Positions 37,021 through 45,205 of a stretch of 64,000 nucleotides of DNA are shown piece by piece (the stretch's first letter is position 1; each line of letters begins with the position of its first letter). The stretch lies in IMG/VR virus record IMGVR_UViG_3300050821_008494; one strand, 5' to 3'. Under the pieces are notes generated by a model. That model was given only the letters and a program-made list of their open reading frames with translations. It was not told the origin of the DNA and ran no database searches. The translations under genes were made by a program, and so were the position numbers. The stretch is from a virus. Its lineage: Duplodnaviria; Heunggongvirae; Uroviricota; Caudoviricetes.

Positions 37021-38196
37021 ATGTCAACCGTCACTCCAGTTGAGTTGCACAGAGATTCGGGTCCTCTCGAAGATATGAGAGCACCTCTTGAGATTATCAA
37101 GTGGAAGACCAAAAACGGATTTCCTCCCAAGAACGCACCATGCTATGACGCTAGGGCGTTTCCTCTTGAGAAGGCCATGGGAACTCACAAGATTCAAGGA
37201 GACCGTTTCCAAGGTAAGTCCGCTCTCGGAGAGACAATCTGCTTCATGCTCTGGAACACCGGAGCTACAATCTATGACATCTACGCTGCAAACGACCAAG
37301 AGAACGCGGCATGGCTAGAGAGCCCTTGTGCTGACTACGTTACTCTGCTAGTCGGCTCCAATTGTAGCCTCACGTTCGACCACAAGCAATACAAGTTCAT
37401 GAAGGCGATAGACCTCGACCCTAGCAAGCAGGGTATGCGCAACATCTACGTCGCGTGTAAACGCTTCTTCCAGACAGAAGACGACTACTACAAGGCGATG
37501 TGGAACCTCTCTGACAAATTCAAGACCCGCACGACCTATGATTGGGTTGACGTCATATTCCTGCGAGAAGCCCAAGAGGTCATCACAGGAGTGATGCGCG
37601 CAGGAGTCGCTCGAAGCGAGAAGGACGCAGCAACTGCTTTCATAAGATTCCACAACACTCTCTTCCACTTCGGCTACGCCGTTGTCCTAGACTCCCAGAG
37701 AGACGTTGAAGTCTCTAAGTCCGTCAGAGAGTTGGCAGATTGGAACTACTTCAAGAATATGGGAGGCCTCGAAATCCCTCACAAGTATTGGCACACGTTC
37801 CGAAAGGCCGACCCAGACAGGATGTATCGAGAGCTAGAGAAATGGCAGTTCATCCTCTACGCTAAAGGCAAAGTTGGTTTGGGAGTCAATCTTCAACCGG
37901 ATTGGCACATCAACCGTGGAAGAGACCTCCTTCTGAAGCTAGGCATCCATGAGCACTTCGAAGGCTCTCCTAACACTCCAGTGCCTACGTTGAGCGGTCA
38001 GGGAGGCCCCGGTAGGCCAAAGGAGTTCGGAGTCCGCCATGAAATCGAGATAAGAATTCTAGGTGGCAAATCCTACACCACAATAGAGAACGAGCTTAAC
38101 ACTTCAGACAAGACAATCACTAAAGTCAAGAAGGACATGATAGCGCGGGGAATCCTTAACCCTGACGGCTCCCTCAAGGTTACTGCTGTGCCATGA
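37021..38196 (+). CDS. hypothetical 391-aa protein with C-terminal HTH
   Basis: C-terminal ILGGKSYTTIENELNTSDKTITKVKKDM helix-turn-helix-like segment. Confidence 0.5.
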   Translation: MSTVTPVELHRDSGPLEDMRAPLEIIKWKTKNGFPPKNAPCYDARAFPLEKAMGTHKIQGDRFQGKSALGETICFMLWNTGATIYDIYAANDQENAAWLESPCADYVTLLVGSNCSLTFDHKQYKFMKAIDLDPSKQGMRNIYVACKRFFQTEDDYYKAMWNLSDKFKTRTTYDWVDVIFLREAQEVITGVMRAGVARSEKDAATAFIRFHNTLFHFGYAVVLDSQRDVEVSKSVRELADWNYFKNMGGLEIPHKYWHTFRKADPDRMYRELEKWQFILYAKGKVGLGVNLQPDWHINRGRDLLLKLGIHEHFEGSPNTPVPTLSGQGGPGRPKEFGVRHEIEIRILGGKSYTTIENELNTSDKTITKVKKDMIARGILNPDGSLKVTAVP

Positions 38197-38627
38197 GAAC
38201 TCACAGAAGGAGAGAAGAGCAGTCAAAGGCAGAAGCGAAGATAGCAGCGGCAGCCGCAATAGCCTCAGTTCACTTTGGAGGAGACGTCTCGGCTGTCCCT
38301 TCAATAGTAGAGAAGGTCAAGGAGATGAAAGGAGACCTAATCATGTGGCGCATCGTCGCTACTTGTCAGGTCACAGGCTACCGCGAATACATGGTGAAGC
38401 TGTTCTGGGACGACGAGGCTTTGGGGCGTAGAGTGCTAGGGGACTACTACGCAAAACACGCTCATCCGGTCTCTCTGGAATTCACGAAAGTCCCTATGGA
38501 CACACCTATGGTCGAAGACCCTCCTCTGTGTGTAGACTGCAACAAAATTCACGAGGTCTCTTCGGGGAATGTCTGTCAGCCTTGTGTGCCTAGACTGCCG
38601 AGCCCAAGTCTTCGTCAACCTTCTTGA
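38193..38627 (+). CDS. hypothetical protein with C-terminal Cys cluster
   Basis: ATGA overlap. Confidence 0.45.
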   Translation: MRTHRRREEQSKAEAKIAAAAAIASVHFGGDVSAVPSIVEKVKEMKGDLIMWRIVATCQVTGYREYMVKLFWDDEALGRRVLGDYYAKHAHPVSLEFTKVPMDTPMVEDPPLCVDCNKIHEVSSGNVCQPCVPRLPSPSLRQPS

Positions 38628-38856
38628 GCTGAAGGACTGTCTCAAACAGCTTTGACTCTGCGATGTCCCACTCTACAACAGAGCCGTGAGCAATCTCCAT
38701 CTTTCGAGCGAAGGATTGAGGTATGACAGCGAACACTGTGTTGCTATTCTTGTTGACTCTCTGAACACGGACTTGGTTACCTCCGAGCTTCCCTCTGTTC
38801 TTCGGAATCGAAGGACTGCTCTTCGCCACGATGAACAGAGGCGTATTACCTAACAT
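38590..38856 (-). CDS. AbrB/SpoVT-like (swapped-hairpin) transcription regulator
   Basis: VQRVNKNSNTVFAVIPQSFARKMEIAHGSVVEWDI resembles the AbrB/MazE/SpoVT N-domain. Confidence 0.4.
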   Translation of the reverse strand: MLGNTPLFIVAKSSPSIPKNRGKLGGNQVRVQRVNKNSNTVFAVIPQSFARKMEIAHGSVVEWDIAESKLFETVLQLKKVDEDLGSAV

Positions 38857-38921
38857 TTGTATATAGTTATGTTACGAATCTGTGTTTTGTTATATGCCAG
38901 TTTCGTGTCGCCAGTCTTAAG
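38851..38921. promoter_or_regulatory. divergent promoter region with TATA-like boxes and inverted repeat TAACAT-N12-ATGTTA
   Basis: tatata 38860-65 and ttatat 38890-95; the IR arms flank the first TATA and overlap the AbrB start codon. Confidence 0.4.
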
Positions 38922-39260
38922 ATGTTGAGTCACCAAAGCCCGAAGCTCAAGAGGGCACTGGCTCGGTATCGCCACGCACTAGGACCCGTTGAGGGAGTCC
39001 TAACAATCGTCATCGTAGGAGCGCTGCTTGCAGTGTCTCCGTTCGTCATCGGTTCTCTCCAGAACGGATTGAACACGTCCGGTCTGCCTTCGGCAGCCCA
39101 GACTTCCATAGGGAACATCTTCACCCAAATCTACAACGCATTGGGCATCGTGCCCCTTGTGCTGGTCATCCTCGCGCTAGTCATCATCCTGAGCGCCATC
39201 TTCTTGCTAGTCCCAAGAAGGGGTGGCGGAATGGTTGGTGGCGCTGGCGAAGCCGTCTAG
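38922..39260 (+). CDS. 2-TM membrane protein, paralog A1 of a triplicated family
   Basis: LTIVIVGALLAVSPFVIGSLQNGLNTSGLPSAAQTSIGNIF...LVLVILALVIILSAIFLLVPRR. Confidence 0.5.
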   Translation: MLSHQSPKLKRALARYRHALGPVEGVLTIVIVGALLAVSPFVIGSLQNGLNTSGLPSAAQTSIGNIFTQIYNALGIVPLVLVILALVIILSAIFLLVPRRGGGMVGGAGEAV

Positions 39261-39341
39261 TCACCTCTGACCGCTGGAGCCCACGGAGGTAACACTCCGT
39301 GACTCCTTCCCTATCAAAAAACTAGAGAGAAAAAGAGAAAA

Positions 39342-39512
39342 ATGGCAAAGCGCCACGCGAAGCCGAATCCGACGCCGAACTTCAACGTAGTTCTGGCGGC
39401 AGCCGAGTCACTAGCACATGAGGCTCGTAAGGGTCAGCGTGGAGGTTACACCGACCCCGGTTACTTCGCCGAAAAGCTCGGAACGATTGAACGTGAGGTC
39501 TGGGATTCCTGA
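39342..39512 (+). CDS. small hypothetical protein
   Basis: hand-found 56-aa ORF. Confidence 0.3.
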   Translation: MAKRHAKPNPTPNFNVVLAAAESLAHEARKGQRGGYTDPGYFAEKLGTIEREVWDS

Positions 39513-39652
39513 TGGGAAAGAAAAGCCGACAGGATGTCAGGTCCATGGACTCTCACTATGAGTCGAGCGTCCACGACTTCGACATTTCTTCTGCTGACAA
39601 GATTGAAGGACTGACGAAGGGCAAAGGACTCGATACAGAGGGCGCAGTCTGA
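39512..39652 (+). CDS. small hypothetical protein
   Basis: TGATG-type overlaps on both sides. Confidence 0.3.
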   Translation: MGKKSRQDVRSMDSHYESSVHDFDISSADKIEGLTKGKGLDTEGAV

Positions 39653-39981
39653 TGCCTAGAGGCAGCAGGAATTCTCATCTCTACCAGCATGGAGGTAGAA
39701 GGGCTCACGAACCTGAGTTCGAGCGTAGATACGGAGCAGAGCATGGCAAAGAAGTCTATGGAGCAGTTGTAGGTCAAGTCCGAAGAGCCCGCATGGTGAA
39801 AGGCCTCTGTCGAGCAGGAAATTGCGGTCTTCGCTCAAGTCACAAGCATGGAGAGAACGATTGCTGCGGTGCACCTCTTCACTGTGCTCAGATTCTCGGC
39901 ACGGAGCAGCAAAGCAACAATCCGGCTTTCGGCCCTTCGACAATGCATGAAGTTCTTGATGGAGAAGGTCTCTTTGCGTGA
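39652..39981 (+). CDS. His/Cys-rich small protein, family member 1 (C-terminal FGPSTMHEVL)
   Basis: CRAGNCG...HKHGENDCCGAPLHCAQILGTEQ...PAFGPSTMHEVLDG. Confidence 0.45.
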   Translation: MPRGSRNSHLYQHGGRRAHEPEFERRYGAEHGKEVYGAVVGQVRRARMVKGLCRAGNCGLRSSHKHGENDCCGAPLHCAQILGTEQQSNNPAFGPSTMHEVLDGEGLFA

Positions 39982-40307
39982 CTCGGATGTCCTTTCCAGA
40001 CCCTACCGAGGACGCTTCGATAAGAAGCATAAGCCCGGTAGACGCGACGTTGACAATCGTGATAGTCGGAGCCCTGCTAGCAGTAGCTCCGTTTGTCATG
40101 GGGCTTCTTCAGAATGGAATCAAGACGGGAGGCCTACCTTCTACGGCTCAAACTTCCATATCGGGAGTCTTCACTCAAATCTTCAACACATTCAACATTC
40201 TTCCTCTCTACGTGGTAATCATTGCACTGGTCGGAATCCTTTCAACAATGATGCTCTTGTTCCCTCGAAGGAACAAGATAGAGTTTGGGGACGACACGGT
40301 AGTCTAG
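39978..40307 (+). CDS. 2-TM membrane protein, paralog A2
   Basis: GTGA overlap; LTIVIVGALLAVAPFVMGLLQNGIKTGGLPSTAQTSISGVF... Confidence 0.5.
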   Translation: MTRMSFPDPTEDASIRSISPVDATLTIVIVGALLAVAPFVMGLLQNGIKTGGLPSTAQTSISGVFTQIFNTFNILPLYVVIIALVGILSTMMLLFPRRNKIEFGDDTVV

Positions 40308-40319
40308 GAGTAGCTTGAC

Positions 40320-40547
40320 ATGGCCGCAGTCCTCGGAGCCGGAATCGGACTTGGTGCTACTCTCGGTGCTGCTGGAACAGTAACCTGTGCCGCAGGCGGA
40401 TGCGGAAGACCTACCAAGCATCACCACGGAGCTAACCCATGTTGCGGCTCCGAGCTTCATTGTGCCAAAATCCTCGGCGTGGAGCAAAGTAGCTCAAGAC
40501 CTGCATTCGGTCCTACTATGGACGAAGTCCTAACGGGAGTTCCTTGA
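40320..40547 (+). CDS. His/Cys-rich small protein, family member 2 (Gly/Ala-rich N-terminal hydrophobic segment)
   Basis: CAAGGCG...HHHGANPCCGSELHCAKILGVEQ...PAFGPTMDEVLTG. Confidence 0.45.
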   Translation: MAAVLGAGIGLGATLGAAGTVTCAAGGCGRPTKHHHGANPCCGSELHCAKILGVEQSSSRPAFGPTMDEVLTGVP

Positions 40548-40548
40548 C

Positions 40549-40782
40549 TTGGCAAAAGAAGGGGACATCTGTCCTAACTGTCACATAGGAGTCCTCGGTT
40601 GGGCAAAGAACTCTTACGAGGCTTCTATGTATGAGAAGCTGGCCTGTAACAATTGCGGGCACGTAGCAAATGAAAGACGGAAGACTTCCGGGCTTGCTGT
40701 AGATGTTACTCCGAGGATAAGCACAAGAATCACAGGTTCCGGAGTCCCTCAATATGACAACTACTTCGAGAGTGGAATCTGA
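40549..40782 (+). CDS. zinc-ribbon protein (CPNCH...CNNCGH)
   Basis: TTG start. Confidence 0.35.
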   Translation: MAKEGDICPNCHIGVLGWAKNSYEASMYEKLACNNCGHVANERRKTSGLAVDVTPRISTRITGSGVPQYDNYFESGI

Positions 40783-40967
40783 TGCCTAGAGACAAGAGAC
40801 GGGTTACGGAGAGCAACGTTGCGGAGAACCTGAAGGACATTCACACCCTTCACGGAATCCAGAACCCACACGACACCGTCGTCGGAGAAGTCACTCACAA
40901 CGTCGTAGACGGCTACATGGGTGACGTTCAGAAGCACGCAAAGGAAGCGAGAGAAAGAAAGCTGTAG
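40782..40967 (+). CDS. hypothetical His-rich protein
   Basis: TGATG overlap. Confidence 0.35.
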   Translation: MPRDKRRVTESNVAENLKDIHTLHGIQNPHDTVVGEVTHNVVDGYMGDVQKHAKEARERKL

Positions 40968-40973
40968 AGAGTC

Positions 40974-41462
40974 ATGGCAACCAGCTACAACGTCCAAAGT
41001 CTGGCGCTTCTAGCTGGTCCTCTGACTTTCGCATTCGCCTCCATAATGATAGGAGTCGATGATGGCATACCGGCCATTCACGACATGGCTCTGATAACCG
41101 GAGCCTTATTCTTCGTCTTCTCTCACTTCGCCCATTCCATTACCTCCTTCGGCATCGTAGGAGTTCCTCGCGTAGGGCTCGGTCCGATAGAAGGCACACT
41201 CACAATCGTCGTAGTCGGAACTCTGAGCGCGGTCTCTCCATTCGTCGTAGGGAGCCTTCAGAACGGTCTCAATACCAGCGGCCTTCCTTCTGCCGCGAAG
41301 GTCTCAATCGGTAACATCTTCCAGCAAATCTACAACGCTCTTGGAATAGTCCCTCTCGTCCTCGTAATCCTCGCCCTAGTCGTAATCTTGTCTGCGGTCT
41401 TCCTTCTTGTTCCTCGACGCTCCGGCATGATGCTCGACACAGGAGGTTCGCAAGCGGTATGA
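40974..41462 (+). CDS. membrane protein, paralog A3 (extra N-terminal TMs)
   Basis: LTIVVVGTLSAVSPFVVGSLQNGLNTSGLPSAAKVSIGNIF...LVLVILALVVILSAVFLLVPRR. Confidence 0.5.
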   Translation: MATSYNVQSLALLAGPLTFAFASIMIGVDDGIPAIHDMALITGALFFVFSHFAHSITSFGIVGVPRVGLGPIEGTLTIVVVGTLSAVSPFVVGSLQNGLNTSGLPSAAKVSIGNIFQQIYNALGIVPLVLVILALVVILSAVFLLVPRRSGMMLDTGGSQAV

Positions 41463-41485
41463 GAAAGTCCGAGAAGAGAACCAAG

Positions 41486-41635
41486 ATGGAACAGGAGTTT
41501 GTCACACTCTATCGCCTCAATTGGGGCAACACAATAGGTCTGGAGACCTCTCGCGTAACAGGAATGTCAGACCGCGAGCTTGAGATGTCACTCGACAGTC
41601 AACGGAAGTTTCCGGGGAAGTTCAGAGGACCATGA
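41486..41635 (+). CDS. small hypothetical protein
   Basis: hand-found; stop overlaps next ATG. Confidence 0.25.
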   Translation: MEQEFVTLYRLNWGNTIGLETSRVTGMSDRELEMSLDSQRKFPGKFRGP

Positions 41636-41880
41636 GCGCAGCAGGTGCGGCCTTCGGGGTCATTGGTGCGGGTCTTCCTCTCATAGCAGGATTCATAGTC
41701 CTCGATGCAATAGCAGGGACAGTCAAGTGCACTCATCCCGGCTGCGGTGAAGAGATGCATCATTCAAAGCAAGCCTCTCATTCGAAGGCTCATCAGTCGA
41801 AAGGAGAGCACACCACTCACAAGACGATACAGCGGCACGAATTCGGTGGAGACATGGACTCGTGGCTCGGCCTTGGTTAA
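41632..41880 (+). CDS. His/Cys-rich small protein, family member 3 (Gly/Ala-rich N-terminal segment)
   Basis: TVKCTHPGCGEEMHHSKQASHSKAH...FGGDMDSWLGLG. Confidence 0.4.
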   Translation: MSAAGAAFGVIGAGLPLIAGFIVLDAIAGTVKCTHPGCGEEMHHSKQASHSKAHQSKGEHTTHKTIQRHEFGGDMDSWLGLG

Positions 41881-42070
41881 TCCTAACAAGCGTCATTACT
41901 TCCAAGCGGACTCCTACGAGTCCAATTACTGTAAGTGCGGTAAGTGGTCTCTCGACCCAATCCACAACGACCCTATGAGAGTAGCAACAAGGGTTGCTGT
42001 CGGTATTGCAGACAAGCAGTCCGGAATAAAACACAAGGGGCTGGTGCCTCCTGTTCCGGAGTGGGATTGA
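41873..42070 (+). CDS. small Zn-ribbon protein (YCKCGKW...), tandem paralog 1
   Basis: TTG start; motif shared with next ORF. Confidence 0.3.
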   Translation: MVNPNKRHYFQADSYESNYCKCGKWSLDPIHNDPMRVATRVAVGIADKQSGIKHKGLVPPVPEWD

Positions 42071-42072
42071 GT

Positions 42073-42249
42073 ATGGCTTCCAACGTCCGTCGCCACTCAT
42101 TTACCGAGAGGGAGCCCGGCAGTGAATACTGTAAGCACTGCGAGAAGCACTACTCGAATCCAGTTCACATAATCCTCCGCTCTACTCCTGTCGGAAAGTT
42201 TACTCCTAACGACGAAGACAGGATTGTTGGGAAGGTCCCGAAGTGGTAG
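42073..42249 (+). CDS. small Zn-ribbon protein (YCKHCEKH...), tandem paralog 2
   Basis: ATG at 42073 in frame of ORF 41944..42249. Confidence 0.3.
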   Translation: MASNVRRHSFTEREPGSEYCKHCEKHYSNPVHIILRSTPVGKFTPNDEDRIVGKVPKW

Positions 42250-42251
42250 AA

Positions 42252-42479
42252 ATGGCTAGTGAAGACTACAGAGGCTCTCCATACTCTAGAGTCACCGGCT
42301 CCGGAATCTTCGGGAGGAGTCCTGCCCTCGATGAGAAGTGCACAGAATGCTACGGCCCCATGGAGATAACCGTCTTCGGCGAGAAGGTCTGCGCATCGAA
42401 CCCGTCTTGCGATTCTCCTCTCAACCCTCTCAACAAGAAGGCCAAGCACAAGACTAGAATTAGGGTAGCATTGATGTAG
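42252..42479 (+). CDS. zinc-ribbon protein (CTECYGP...C...C)
   Basis: ORF track. Confidence 0.35.
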   Translation: MASEDYRGSPYSRVTGSGIFGRSPALDEKCTECYGPMEITVFGEKVCASNPSCDSPLNPLNKKAKHKTRIRVALM

Positions 42480-42481
42480 CC

Positions 42482-42703
42482 ATGGCCAAGAGAGTCTTCG
42501 TGAAGAGGAGTCCCAACGCGAGCTTCGAGGATTTACAGAGCAGGCTCAAGCAGGACAACGTGCCTTTCCAATTCCTCAAGGACATCAACGCTGGAGTCGA
42601 ATACGTCGAGGCAGACATTGACCCTGCCTATGCAAACCTAGTGGGAGGTAGCACAGGCATGGCGGTAGGGAAAGTCAAGAGGACGGGGATGTGGGACTTC
42701 TAA
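42482..42703 (+). CDS. hypothetical protein
   Basis: ORF track. Confidence 0.35.
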   Translation: MAKRVFVKRSPNASFEDLQSRLKQDNVPFQFLKDINAGVEYVEADIDPAYANLVGGSTGMAVGKVKRTGMWDF

Positions 42704-42960
42704 TGGCAGGGAGACATAGCCGACGTCAAGGAAGGGGACCCGGAGGGAAACCTACAATGGAAGACTACCAATCAGACTCATTCTTCACCATAGGTGCCAT
42801 TCAGGGAACGATAGCGAAGACCAAAGAGAAGTCCGGACGCATGGGTCCTACCGCAGCACTAAGGGAGATAGAAGAGACCATAGGAACATTCGAGCATCAG
42901 CGCCACGTTCGTAGAGAGGCAGGTCTCGTTCCGGGAGCTTTCGAGGAGCCAGAAGAATAA
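42703..42960 (+). CDS. hypothetical basic protein
   Basis: TAATG overlap. Confidence 0.35.
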   Translation: MAGRHSRRQGRGPGGKPTMEDYQSDSFFTIGAIQGTIAKTKEKSGRMGPTAALREIEETIGTFEHQRHVRREAGLVPGAFEEPEE

Positions 42961-43106
42961 TGGTAAAAAAGTCCGAGCCCAAGCTTGTAGCATACGGAAC
43001 CATTAACGTCTACGAGATAGAGGGAAAGGCCTACTACAGATGGAGAGGAAAATACACGCGAGCACCCGAGAGGGACAATCTCATCCCTCAGGCACCGGAG
43101 TGGTAG
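42960..43106 (+). CDS. small hypothetical protein
   Basis: TAATG overlap; 48 aa. Confidence 0.25.
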   Translation: MVKKSEPKLVAYGTINVYEIEGKAYYRWRGKYTRAPERDNLIPQAPEW

Positions 43107-43109
43107 AGC

Positions 43110-43304
43110 ATGGCACGCAAGAGCAAAGACCATCTCGTTCACTTCAAGTGCTACCGCTGCGGAACCGACAACACAGAGATTACTACATACTACGACGGAG
43201 TCACGGAGAAGATTGGCGGTGACTTGGTCACTTGCAAAGGCTGTGGGGCTTATCTGTCATTCCCTTCCGACTACGGCCTCGTGAGAATGAAGCACTTTGG
43301 CTAG
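43110..43304 (+). CDS. zinc-ribbon protein (CYRCG...CKGCG)
   Basis: ORF track. Confidence 0.35.
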   Translation: MARKSKDHLVHFKCYRCGTDNTEITTYYDGVTEKIGGDLVTCKGCGAYLSFPSDYGLVRMKHFG

Positions 43305-43462
43305 ACGAAAGTGCACAGACTGTGGCAAGATGAAGGACTGCAAGACTTGCATCGAATACGGAGCACCATACTGCTCAGGCTGCGAGGCTCAGCATAGCCA
43401 CATAGTCCGGATGCAGCCGGTAATCCCGAGGAGATTCCTCGGAGGTTAAGAACTTGGCAGGA

Positions 43463-43609
43463 ATGCACATCTGCGGCTATTGTGGGAAGGACGACTTCAA
43501 GACTCGTGCGGAGCAGGAATCTCACGAGAGGAGAGTTCACGGTGCATCGGATTCTCCGATAGTCCAGAAGTATGAATGGCGTGGCAGCTACAAGGTGAGG
43601 CCAGCCTAA
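43463..43609 (+). CDS. small C2H2-type zinc-finger protein
   Basis: CGYCGKDDFKTRAEQESHERRVH = C-x2-C-x13-H-x4-H. Confidence 0.3.
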   Translation: MHICGYCGKDDFKTRAEQESHERRVHGASDSPIVQKYEWRGSYKVRPA

Positions 43610-43794
43610 TGGCAAACTGCGGAGTCTGCAAACTTTCTCTAAGTCCCGCTATGGGCCCTACAGTCCACGACAAGGAATATGGAAAGATTCACAGAGGCTG
43701 CTCTGTCTGGCTCAACGACCGCAGATGGGAACAGAAGCAGAGGGAGGCTAACGCAGGACCCGCAGAGCATTGGGTCAAGGAGGCCGGTCTCTGA
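43609..43794 (+). CDS. small Cys protein ending ...WVKEAGL
   Basis: TAATG overlap; embedded SD at 3' end. Confidence 0.3.
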   Translation: MANCGVCKLSLSPAMGPTVHDKEYGKIHRGCSVWLNDRRWEQKQREANAGPAEHWVKEAGL

Positions 43795-44015
43795 TGCCAA
43801 GAGCCTACACTGTGGAGGATTTGCTCAAGAAGCGCCGTGGTGCTAAAAGAGAATTGAACTCCGTAGTGAGAGAGTTCGGAGAGGTTGGCGGTTTCGCTCT
43901 TCATCATGGCAAGAAGGTCGCTCAGAAGAGCATAGAAGATATAGACATAAGGCTCGCGAGACTAGGCTACAATCCTGAAGGAACCCCGTTGTCGGAATTC
44001 AGTGACAATTCATGA
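43794..44015 (+). CDS. hypothetical protein
   Basis: TGATG overlap. Confidence 0.35.
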   Translation: MPRAYTVEDLLKKRRGAKRELNSVVREFGEVGGFALHHGKKVAQKSIEDIDIRLARLGYNPEGTPLSEFSDNS

Positions 44016-44122
44016 TGCTATCATACAAGAGCTTGGAGGAGACTCTTCGCAAGCATCACAAGGGAGCCGACCATACTTTCAAGCTCTTCCCTACCTACAC
44101 CTACGAGCTGGAGGGACTCTGA
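44012..44122 (+). CDS. small protein YKSLEETLRKHHKG..., tandem paralog 1
   Basis: hand-found in frame 2; similar to next ORF. Confidence 0.3.
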   Translation: MMLSYKSLEETLRKHHKGADHTFKLFPTYTYELEGL

Positions 44123-44247
44123 TGGGAAAGCCCTACAAGAGCTTACAGGAGAGCCTGCGGAAGCAGCACACGCTAGGCGAATACAAAGTCCTTGACTCCG
44201 GCTCCTTCATAGGAGACGACCTCTTCAGCGAAATGGAGGGAGTCTGA
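44122..44247 (+). CDS. small protein YKSLQESLRKQHTLG..., tandem paralog 2
   Basis: internal ATG of track ORF 44002..44247. Confidence 0.3.
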   Translation: MGKPYKSLQESLRKQHTLGEYKVLDSGSFIGDDLFSEMEGV

Positions 44248-44384
44248 TGGCGTGCATCTGCGGCGACTCTACATACATAGACTCTCACCACAAGATTCAT
44301 TGTATGGGATGCGCAAAGCTCAAGTCGAGATGCGACTGCCCTCGAAAAGAATCTGGGCACCTCCAAAGGATGGAGTTCGGTTAG
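44247..44384 (+). CDS. small Cys/His zinc-binding protein
   Basis: hand-found. Confidence 0.3.
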   Translation: MACICGDSTYIDSHHKIHCMGCAKLKSRCDCPRKESGHLQRMEFG

Positions 44385-44386
44385 CC

Positions 44387-44548
44387 ATGGCACGAAAGTG
44401 TCCCAAGTGCGGAGGCACAATGACCGATTTGGGTTGGAGCGCATTTCATAACGCTCATGTCTACCAATGTCGCAAGAAGAGTTGTCGCTCCGTAGAGCAC
44501 GTGTCCTACGTGAACAACGTAGAAACAACGGAGACGCCGAAGTGGTAA
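44387..44548 (+). CDS. zinc-ribbon protein (CPKCGG...C..C)
   Basis: ATG in frame of ORF 44252..44548. Confidence 0.35.
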   Translation: MARKCPKCGGTMTDLGWSAFHNAHVYQCRKKSCRSVEHVSYVNNVETTETPKW

Positions 44549-44550
44549 CC

Positions 44551-44682
44551 ATGGGAAGTCAAAAAAGAGAGCATGACCCAACTCTGAAGTTCCTCGTCGC
44601 CCTAGAGCAGGGCACAATATCCTCCCAGAAGTTCAACGAGCTGGCTAGAAACACGGACGTCTACATAGCTGAGTTGATTTGA
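44551..44682 (+). CDS. small hypothetical protein
   Basis: hand-found. Confidence 0.25.
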   Translation: MGSQKREHDPTLKFLVALEQGTISSQKFNELARNTDVYIAELI

Positions 44683-44889
44683 ATGGCTAAGTCACGCTCA
44701 CGCGACGACAGCGCGGCCTTCGTCGAACTCGAAGAGCTTGAGGGAGAGATTGAGGCTATGAAGTCAAGAGCCCTCTTCAGGACAGGCTCGCGGAGAGAAA
44801 TCTCCCGCAGAGACCGTCAGCGCTACGACTACGCAACTCAACGCGAGGCCGAAATCCTAGACGCTGCAGGAATCGAGTGGAGGACTTAG
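44683..44889 (+). CDS. hypothetical coiled-coil protein
   Basis: ORF track. Confidence 0.35.
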   Translation: MAKSRSRDDSAAFVELEELEGEIEAMKSRALFRTGSRREISRRDRQRYDYATQREAEILDAAGIEWRT

Positions 44890-45205
44890 AGCTTGCCAAA
44901 GAGGAACCCTCATCTGGTTGAGTTCGGCACGAGTCATTTCGTTCATCTTGACGAGGGACATATCGAGCAAGAAATCAAGAGGTCTCATGGAGTTGCCGGT
45001 GACCTTCCTCTAGACCCTGTGGCAAACTCGAAGCTCATACCGAGGCTCGATTGGTGACATGACAGAGAAGCTCCCCAATCACGAGTTCGAAGATATCACT
45101 ATGACCGACATTGTCGGAATATCAGAGGAGACTGAGAGCTTCATATCAGCGGGAGGAGAGCTTTGAGATGGCTACCTTAAACAAGACAAGGAGAGACGTC
45201 TAGGT

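Noticed and set aside
37021-38196. 391-aa protein as replication initiator (AEP primase or RCR Rep)
   Set aside because: Only a weak AIDLD match; no SGxG/HUH motifs or catalytic Tyr context. Left hypothetical.
39643-40794. 14-nt identical junction TCTGATGCCTAGAG at two gene starts (both MPR...)
   Set aside because: Expected number of chance 14-mer matches in 64 kb is greater than 1. The similarity is explained by the common stop-overlap context plus chance.
38922-41462. Membrane paralogs as archaeal type IV pilins (class III signal peptides)
   Set aside because: No clear [KR][GA]-hydrophobic cleavage motif (Pro or Glu lies near the putative site), and the proteins have two TM helices. Left as unknown 2-TM family.
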